Notes under the pieces: generated by a model
Database searches by the model: none
Seen by the model: only the letters and a program-made list of their open reading frames with translations
What the model was told of the DNA's origin: nothing
Part shown: positions 38,030 to 43,680 of the stretch, piece after piece
How the letters are laid out: the number at the start of each line of letters is the position of its first letter
Numbering within the stretch: the stretch's first letter is position 1
Program-made: the position numbers and the translations under genes
IMG/VR virus record: IMGVR_UViG_3300017694_000006
Span: 1 to 43,680 of that record
Strand: one strand, 5' to 3'
DNA: 43,680 bases
Source: a virus

Positions 38030-40198
38030 ATGGCAACTCAAGTTACCTACGTGGGCGACGGCACGACCGTCACCTACGCGATCCCGTTCGACTACTCAGC
38101 AGACGGGAGCGATTTGAATGTGACGGCGGACGGATCGACGATCCAGTTCAGCCTCGACAATGCGTCCACCTTGCGGCTCCTTTCAGCTCCCGCCGTGGGC
38201 TCCACAATCCGGGTGTTCCGTAAGACCCCCTTCGAGACACCGGAGGTAGTCTTTGCGGATAGCTCCATCTTATCCGCAGGTGACCTCAACGCTGCTTCCG
38301 GGCAGGTGTTCAGGCGGCTCCAGGAGCTGGATGACGATCACCGTGAGGTGGCCGCGCGCTCCTTCCAGAGCCCCGTTGGGGAGACGGGACTTGAGCTGCC
38401 ACCCGCATCCTCGCGGGCCAGTCGCTTCCTTACGTTCGATGCCGATGGCCTCCCGATCATGTCGGAAGGAACCGGCTCCGATCCTGCCCTTCGAGGTGAC
38501 CTAAGTTCCCCTGACGCCGGTAAAGGGTCCGACCTACTGCGCTTTGTGCAGAGCGGCTCCGGTGCGCTCGCGCGATCCGCAAGGGCGAAGATGGGGGATT
38601 GGCGCAACGTCTTGGACTACGGCGCTGTGGGCGACGGCCTAGCGGACGATACCTCGGCGCTCCAGGCAGGAGACCTTGCAGGACCGCTGCTCGTCACATC
38701 GCCGCACCGCATCAGCCACTCGATCACGCTAAGCCGCCATGTTCAGTTCGCGGGCGCTGGTCGTCTTCTGATCGACGCCGGAGCTACCGTCACCTTTGCT
38801 GATGGCTTGACGGCACCCGACCGCCAAATCTTCTACGGCAGCGGCAACGTCGCGGGCCTACAGTATTCGAAGATGACGTGGTTCGCGGGAGACTATCGAA
38901 ACACGTATACCGACGCCTTGTCGCGCCTTCAGAAGGCCGCAGACGCATGCGTCGAGTACGCGATGGTTGAACATCCGGTCGGCTTCTTCGCCATCAGTGG
39001 GAATACTCCCGTGGTGTTTCGCAAGGGCCAGTTCTACTTCGGCTACGGGTCGATGAAGAGCGAAGTCCGGTTCACATCCTCTACGTCCAATGTGTGGGCC
39101 TTTGAGGGAGTGGGCAGCGGGAAGATCGAAGGGGTGTCCTGTGTAGGCGTCAACGGCCTACCTGCCACTGACGGTTACGCGCTGGAAATCACTGCGCAGT
39201 ACACGACGTGGAACGACGTGTTCATCCGCAGCGGTTTCACAGGTATCCGCGTGGAGTTCGTGGTTGGCGTCAAGGGCACCAACTTCAACGTCTACGACTG
39301 CACCAGCATTGGCGTCGACATCAACAACGTCAACGACGTGTTCTTGTCGCAGTTCCTCATCAGCGCGCCGCTTGACTACCTCAACATGTCAGCCGTGTCT
39401 GGCACCTTCGCCCCCGGCGAGACAATTGTAGGGACCACTTCGGGAGCAACCGCCCATGTCGTCCTGCAAGCCTCGGCTACGGTCCTGCGCGCAGGCGTGG
39501 ACGGCAAGAACTTCACCGCAGGCGAAGCAATCACCGGCGTAGTCTCGGGAGCGACCGCAACGCTTGTGTCTCAGGATGTGCACCACGCGCTGGGCGGCAT
39601 CCGCCTGACCAACAAGGTCGAGGCGCTTGTCGTCACGGATGGCGACATCATCGGCGGGGCGTTCTCCATGACCACGGACGCCAACCTCAACGCCCCCTAC
39701 GTGCGACCGGCTTACAACAAGTTCACCAACGTCTACTTCGACAGCGGCGACGGCGGAGTGGTCATCGACAAGTCCGTCGAGTTCGACTTCGTGTCTTGTT
39801 GGTTCAGCAACCGGCCCGGCAGCGGGATCACCCTACTGGGGACTGACGGTATGCGCTTCCTCGGCGGTGGTGCCATCAACTGCCATAAGCACGGCGTGGT
39901 GATCGAGGCAGCCGCCAAGCGCACGGTCTTCAACGGCTTCGCCGCTCGCGGCAACAGCCAGGAGAACGCGGGCACCTACCATGGTCTGGCGTTCGCGTCC
40001 GGGGTCACAGACTTCGTCGTGACCGGATGCACGCTCGGGGGCAGTATCGGGTTCGGAAACCAAGGCTACGGACTCATCGTCTACCCTGGCGCATCAGACC
40101 GTTACACAATCTCCGCGAACCTCATTGGAGGTAACCAATCTGCTGGCATCCAAGATGGCGGCACCGGAGTGAACAAGACAATTTCAGGAAACTGGTAA
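38030..40198 (+). CDS. Tail fibre/tailspike: T7 gp17-like N-terminal adaptor plus a pectate-lyase-like beta-helix
   Basis: ATG after AAGGAG. MATQVTYVGDGTTVTYAIPFDY...IRVFRKTP is the gp17-type N-terminus. NVLDYGAVGDGLADDTSALQAG is the typical start of a right-handed beta-helix depolymerase. Confidence 0.88.
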   Translation: MATQVTYVGDGTTVTYAIPFDYSADGSDLNVTADGSTIQFSLDNASTLRLLSAPAVGSTIRVFRKTPFETPEVVFADSSILSAGDLNAASGQVFRRLQELDDDHREVAARSFQSPVGETGLELPPASSRASRFLTFDADGLPIMSEGTGSDPALRGDLSSPDAGKGSDLLRFVQSGSGALARSARAKMGDWRNVLDYGAVGDGLADDTSALQAGDLAGPLLVTSPHRISHSITLSRHVQFAGAGRLLIDAGATVTFADGLTAPDRQIFYGSGNVAGLQYSKMTWFAGDYRNTYTDALSRLQKAADACVEYAMVEHPVGFFAISGNTPVVFRKGQFYFGYGSMKSEVRFTSSTSNVWAFEGVGSGKIEGVSCVGVNGLPATDGYALEITAQYTTWNDVFIRSGFTGIRVEFVVGVKGTNFNVYDCTSIGVDINNVNDVFLSQFLISAPLDYLNMSAVSGTFAPGETIVGTTSGATAHVVLQASATVLRAGVDGKNFTAGEAITGVVSGATATLVSQDVHHALGGIRLTNKVEALVVTDGDIIGGAFSMTTDANLNAPYVRPAYNKFTNVYFDSGDGGVVIDKSVEFDFVSCWFSNRPGSGITLLGTDGMRFLGGGAINCHKHGVVIEAAAKRTVFNGFAARGNSQENAGTYHGLAFASGVTDFVVTGCTLGGSIGFGNQGYGLIVYPGASDRYTISANLIGGNQSAGIQDGGTGVNKTISGNW

Positions 40199-40199
40199 C

Positions 40200-40391
40200 G
40201 TGCAAATCACGCAGTCACAATTTATGAGCATGGTTCGCGCGCTTGCTCCGGCTCTTTTCAAAGACGCAAGGGCAGAGATGGCTACGGCCCGCGAAGCTCT
40301 GGTGGGCCGACACAGGTCCGCGCTTGAGGGCGAGGGTTTCGTTATCGTCCCCGATGCGCCCCTCGCTGACCCGAGCGTGCCCGAGAGATGA
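40200..40391 (+). CDS. Hypothetical protein (63 aa)
   Basis: GTG start immediately after the tail fibre stop codon. No motif. Confidence 0.35.
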   Translation: MQITQSQFMSMVRALAPALFKDARAEMATAREALVGRHRSALEGEGFVIVPDAPLADPSVPER

Positions 40392-40612
40392 ACCTGTCTG
40401 CACTCCGCGATCACCTTATCTCGGTGGTCGCGGGGGCGGCTGTCCTCGGCGGCAGCGCTACCCTCATCTCCACCAAGATCGACGTGACCGTACTGACGGA
40501 ACGCGTCGACAAGCTGGAAAAGCTCAACGAGAACGTTGAGGGCCTCCGCGACGACCTACAGTCCACCCGCGAGGAACTCATCCGTTCGCAGCTTCGGGAC
40601 ACCCGCAAGTGA
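40388..40612 (+). CDS. Single-TM protein with a charged coiled-coil tail. Holin candidate in the T7 gene 17.5 position
   Basis: LISVVAGAAVLGGSATLI is a TM segment, followed by ERVDKLEKLNENVEGLRDDLQSTREEL. Lies between the tail fibre gene and terS. Confidence 0.35.
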   Translation: MNLSALRDHLISVVAGAAVLGGSATLISTKIDVTVLTERVDKLEKLNENVEGLRDDLQSTREELIRSQLRDTRK

Positions 40613-40881
40613 CCCGCGCTGGCTCCGACATCATGGATATGCTCCACGGCTTGGTCGCTACCGGCCTGACCGAGGAGCTGCAGCGGGCCATTACGGCTGC
40701 CGCCGATCCAGACCCCGCTAAGCGGGTCGCTATCAACCCGCAGTTAATCGACAAGGCCCTGAAGTTCCTGAAGGACAACGGGGTGGACGCGCCACGCGCG
40801 AACAAGAAGGTCGACGTCCTCGCGGGCGTCCTGACCGACTTGGACCTTGACGAAGTCGCTGCCGCGCAAAGGATGAACTAA
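40609..40881 (+). CDS. terS: Terminase small subunit (T7 gp18-like)
   Basis: 90 aa (T7 gp18 is 89 aa). Called from synteny, with a helical N-terminus and NPQLIDKALKFLKDNG resembling gp18 SPQLYNAINKLLDRH. Confidence 0.65.
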   Translation: MTRAGSDIMDMLHGLVATGLTEELQRAITAAADPDPAKRVAINPQLIDKALKFLKDNGVDAPRANKKVDVLAGVLTDLDLDEVAAAQRMN

Positions 40882-40920
40882 CTCCATGAACTCTACGCCC
40901 GGTGCCGGGGGCCACGCTTG

Positions 40921-41217
40921 ATGGCCTCTGGAACCTTGGTGAAAGGCGTCAGCTCGATGTTCGCTGATGTCTCTGTGGCTGCCCTCACCGCAGCTCAAGC
41001 AGCCGGGACCGACCCGGTACTCGCCGCTAACCCCTACCGCGCGGCGCTAAAGATCGTTCCGCCCAAGAATTGCACCCTGGCCTATGCCAGCGCCGCGCGC
41101 GGTGAACCTCTGTTCGCCGGTGTGACGAATTCCTTCGTCGGCGGGGACTGCGCCGCCAATGCCTTGTACGTTCGCGGGTTAGCAGCCGGTGACGTCCTAG
41201 TGATCTTGGAGGGCTGA
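40921..41217 (+). CDS. Hypothetical protein (98 aa), first gene of the terS-terL cargo island
   Basis: ATG 40921 (TTG 40918 in the ORF track). No motif. Confidence 0.45.
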   Translation: MASGTLVKGVSSMFADVSVAALTAAQAAGTDPVLAANPYRAALKIVPPKNCTLAYASAARGEPLFAGVTNSFVGGDCAANALYVRGLAAGDVLVILEG

Positions 41218-41218
41218 C

Positions 41219-42781
41219 GTGGGCGCACCTATTGCGGCAATAGCCGTGGGTCCGCTGGCGGCGCAGGTGCCCCAGCGCAATGCCAACCTGATCCCTCTAC
41301 GTGCTGCCTTAATACAAGGAACGGCTCGCGTTGTGTTCGCTGGCGACAGCATCCTAGAGAACAATAACCAAAACTCGCGGTTTTCCGGCCTGCCTTACAT
41401 CATTCAACGATTGTTTGGCGAAGAGTTTCCTGAGGCGGCTATCGAGTATGTCAATTTGGCGCTTGGCGGACGCGATGCATGGCATCTTGCCAGCCCCGCG
41501 TATGTCGGCTTGGCTGCGGATAACTCGCCAAACACGGGGTACTATCGGCAGGCGAACAACACCCTAAACAATAACGGCGTGTGGCGGACTGAAGACGGGA
41601 CGACGCTCAATGGATCGGTCATCGGTGAGGCATGGCTTGAAGCGGTAAAACGTGTTCAACCGGATGCCGTTTTCATGAACTTCGGTCTTAACGAGGACCC
41701 AGGCAAAAACCCCTGCACCGATCCTGCAGGCTATTACCGCTCGATGAAGTATCTGATCGATGCTATGGCGGGTTGGTCAAAGCGACCCACGATCATCATC
41801 GCAACCTCCCATACCGGGCTTCCCGACACAGCAGGCAGGACTGACGATCTAGCGGGCCGGGCACTTGGGCTTACCGTGGGGCGGATCGCGCGGGCGCTCG
41901 CAAAGCAATACAAGCTGCCAATTATTGACGGCCAGCGGCAATATGAATTGCTAACCCGTGGCGTGGACGTCACTAACCCGGAGCCGCACGTCGAAGCTGG
42001 ATTACGCTATAATGGCGGGCTGAACTCCGGCGCGGCGTTCACGCTAGACCCGACCTATTGGGCCACTTACGCCAGCGACGGCACCACTGCGTCCAGTGCC
42101 AGCGGAGCTACATTCCGTGGTGACGGCAACGCCGCTTGGCACTATTTCCGTAAGCGGAACACGCCTAATGGACATGTCCAGGTATCATTTACACCTAACA
42201 CATCAAATCCGAGGCCTGAGGTTTATTATCGGGCTGTGCCCGGCACCACGTCTCTGACCGACGACAAGTACCTAGTCCGACTAAATGGCGCGAACGTGGA
42301 ACTTGCGAGCTATGACACGCTCACGAATGGAAGCTCTAATACACTGCGAGTGATCGCATCTGCGCCGCTTGATGTCGCCGTAAGTAATGGGCAAACTTAT
42401 TATCTAGATATTGTATTTGACGGCGCGCGTCACATCATTCGCGTGAATGGCAAGATGAAGATAGACACGACCGATTACACGCACATGCGCTCGGGTTGGA
42501 TTGGTTTCGGTCAGGGTGCTAGCGGGCAGAACACCGCGATCAAGATCGGCGTCGGCTTTCAGGACGGCGTTTATGTCGAGTATTTCGACGACAAGGTGGT
42601 GAACACCTCGCCGGCCTACACTGACGCGAACCTGCTCGGCACGGTCAATGATTGGGGCACCAACCCGGATAGCGTAGGGGGTAATACCAGCGTCCACATG
42701 ACAACGGCTGCATACGGTCTGGTTTATGAACCGGCAGTCAAAGACATGCTTAAGCGGCTGCGCGCCGCCATGGCACTTTGA
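41219..42781 (+). CDS. SGNH/GDSL-type esterase domain fused to a lectin/LamG-like jelly-roll C-terminal domain
   Basis: Block I VVFAGDSILENN, block II LALGGRD and block III FMNFGLNE. No clear DxxH block V was seen. The C-terminal half shows the Y.L.IVFDG....IRVNGK......GWIGFG pattern. Visibly AT-richer DNA. Confidence 0.65.
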   Translation: MGAPIAAIAVGPLAAQVPQRNANLIPLRAALIQGTARVVFAGDSILENNNQNSRFSGLPYIIQRLFGEEFPEAAIEYVNLALGGRDAWHLASPAYVGLAADNSPNTGYYRQANNTLNNNGVWRTEDGTTLNGSVIGEAWLEAVKRVQPDAVFMNFGLNEDPGKNPCTDPAGYYRSMKYLIDAMAGWSKRPTIIIATSHTGLPDTAGRTDDLAGRALGLTVGRIARALAKQYKLPIIDGQRQYELLTRGVDVTNPEPHVEAGLRYNGGLNSGAAFTLDPTYWATYASDGTTASSASGATFRGDGNAAWHYFRKRNTPNGHVQVSFTPNTSNPRPEVYYRAVPGTTSLTDDKYLVRLNGANVELASYDTLTNGSSNTLRVIASAPLDVAVSNGQTYYLDIVFDGARHIIRVNGKMKIDTTDYTHMRSGWIGFGQGASGQNTAIKIGVGFQDGVYVEYFDDKVVNTSPAYTDANLLGTVNDWGTNPDSVGGNTSVHMTTAAYGLVYEPAVKDMLKRLRAAMAL

Positions 42782-42794
42782 CCGTCGTGACCCC

Positions 42795-43076
42795 CTAGGA
42801 CCCCTTAGGCACACAATCGAAGGTCACGGTGTAGCCATGCTGCCCCGTGGCCCTCGGTATCCTGCCGTACTTCTCGCAGTGAACCGTCGCGTACTTCAGC
42901 GCGTCGTTCACGGTCCAGACGTTGAACACCGAGACGAACGCTTCATTCCCGTCGACCTTGGCGGGGAGAATGCGCGTCGTCTCGCAGCCTGACAGCAGCA
43001 CGGGGAGGATGAGGAGGGCCAACTTCTTCATCCTCCTGCTGTGCCCTACGGCTAACCCGAAGGCAACTTCTGACAT
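42795..43076 (-). CDS. Small secreted lipoprotein, reverse strand (moron-like)
   Basis: Signal peptide MKKLALLILPVLLSGC with lipobox L-S-G-C. The long form starts at 43076 (GGAGG 10 nt upstream) and the short form at 43031. Confidence 0.75.
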   Translation of the reverse strand: MSEVAFGLAVGHSRRMKKLALLILPVLLSGCETTRILPAKVDGNEAFVSVFNVWTVNDALKYATVHCEKYGRIPRATGQHGYTVTFDCVPKGS

Positions 43077-43120
43077 CCCAAGAAATCCTCCAGGGGTCCT
43101 TTCTTAAGTTCCTCTGGTAC

Positions 43121-43680
43121 GTGTGGACCCGGTTGCTGCTCTTGCCGCAGCCGACCCGCGTACAGTTAGACATCGCCCGCTTCCTAGAGACGGGAGGACG
43201 CCGCCGGTTCATCCAGGCGTTCCGAGGGGTCGGCAAGACCTTCCTCACTGCAGCCTACGTGGTCTGGCGTCTCTGGAAGAACCCTAACCTCAAGATCATG
43301 ATCGTGTCTGCGAATGAAGCGTTCGCGACCGAGATTGCTCTCTTCATCAAGCAAATCATCGAGCATGAGGCTGGCGACGACCTATGGTCCGAGCTGCGCT
43401 CCAGGCCCGGCCAGCGGACCTCCGCACTAATCTTCGACGTCGGACCTGCGAAGGCCGACAAGAGCCCCTCGGTGAAAGCCGTGGGTATCACGGGACAGCT
43501 CACGGGCTCCCGCGCTGACATCGTCCTATTCGACGACACCGAGGTTCCGAAGAACTCGGAAACCGAGACCATGCGCGAGAAGCTGGAGATCAAGACCCAG
43601 GAGGCTGCGGCCATCCTGAAGCCGGGCGGGGAAATCCTCTACCTAGGCACTCCGCAGTCCCAGTCCTCGATTTACCGAAA
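43121..43680 (+). CDS. terL: Terminase large subunit, 5' portion (runs off the window end and continues at base 124 of the window). Start uncertain: GTG 43121 or CTG 43070
   Basis: Walker A FIQAFRGVGKTF and Walker B ADIVLFDDTE. QLDIARFL...FRGVGKT parallels T7 gp19 QIDMAKVL...FRGIGKS. The frame is open from 43013. Confidence 0.9.
   Translation, partial: MWTRLLLLPQPTRVQLDIARFLETGGRRRFIQAFRGVGKTFLTAAYVVWRLWKNPNLKIMIVSANEAFATEIALFIKQIIEHEAGDDLWSELRSRPGQRTSALIFDVGPAKADKSPSVKAVGITGQLTGSRADIVLFDDTEVPKNSETETMREKLEIKTQEAAAILKPGGEILYLGTPQSQSSIYR
43558..43680. repeat. Second copy of the contig end overlap (identical to 1-123)
   Basis: Same 123-nt string as the window start. It lies inside the terL reading frame. 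Confidence 0.95.

Noticed and set aside
42922-43107. + strand 61-aa ORF antisense to the lipoprotein gene, considered as a possible missing terL N-terminus
   Set aside because: It is in a different frame from terL, shows no similarity to the gp19 N-terminus, and is fully explained as the antisense of the lipoprotein ORF.

Overview
The window holds one complete, circularly closed copy of a high-GC T7-like podophage genome (Autographiviridae-type). Bases 1-123 repeat exactly at 43558-43680, so the unit length is 43,557 bp and the window opens inside the large terminase gene. Gene order on the + strand is T7-like. It starts with a non-coding junction region with short repeats (1235-2450), then small early genes (2452-4570). 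Unusually, a lysogeny-type module follows (winged-helix protein, MarR-like regulator, tyrosine integrase, 4217-6666). Next come the single-subunit RNA polymerase (7007-9499) and a nucleotide-metabolism and replication block: HAD nucleotidase, gp2.5-like SSB, RusA, T7-lysozyme-like amidase, primase-helicase, DNA polymerase, C5-methyltransferase and exonuclease. The structural and packaging block closes the genome: portal, scaffold, capsid, tubular tail A/B, internal core proteins, tailspike, and small and large terminase. Only two convincing genes lie on the - strand: 22593-22333 and a lipoprotein at 43076-42795. Points worth a second look: (1) two families of conserved intergenic motifs share an ATTAAC core, and one is a near copy of the T3 promoter; (2) the only late promoter is followed at once by a strong terminator-like hairpin; (3) a visibly lower-GC cargo island (SGNH esterase-lectin protein plus reverse-strand lipoprotein) sits between terS and terL; (4) the conserved motifs of the C5-methyltransferase are split over two reading frames; (5) there are two paralogous free-standing HNH-like endonuclease genes; (6) the spanins are displaced into the replication block; (7) a GH108-like muramidase domain sits inside the gp15-like core protein. 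All functional calls rest on by-eye motif recognition and recollected similarity to T7/T3 proteins. No search or computation was run.
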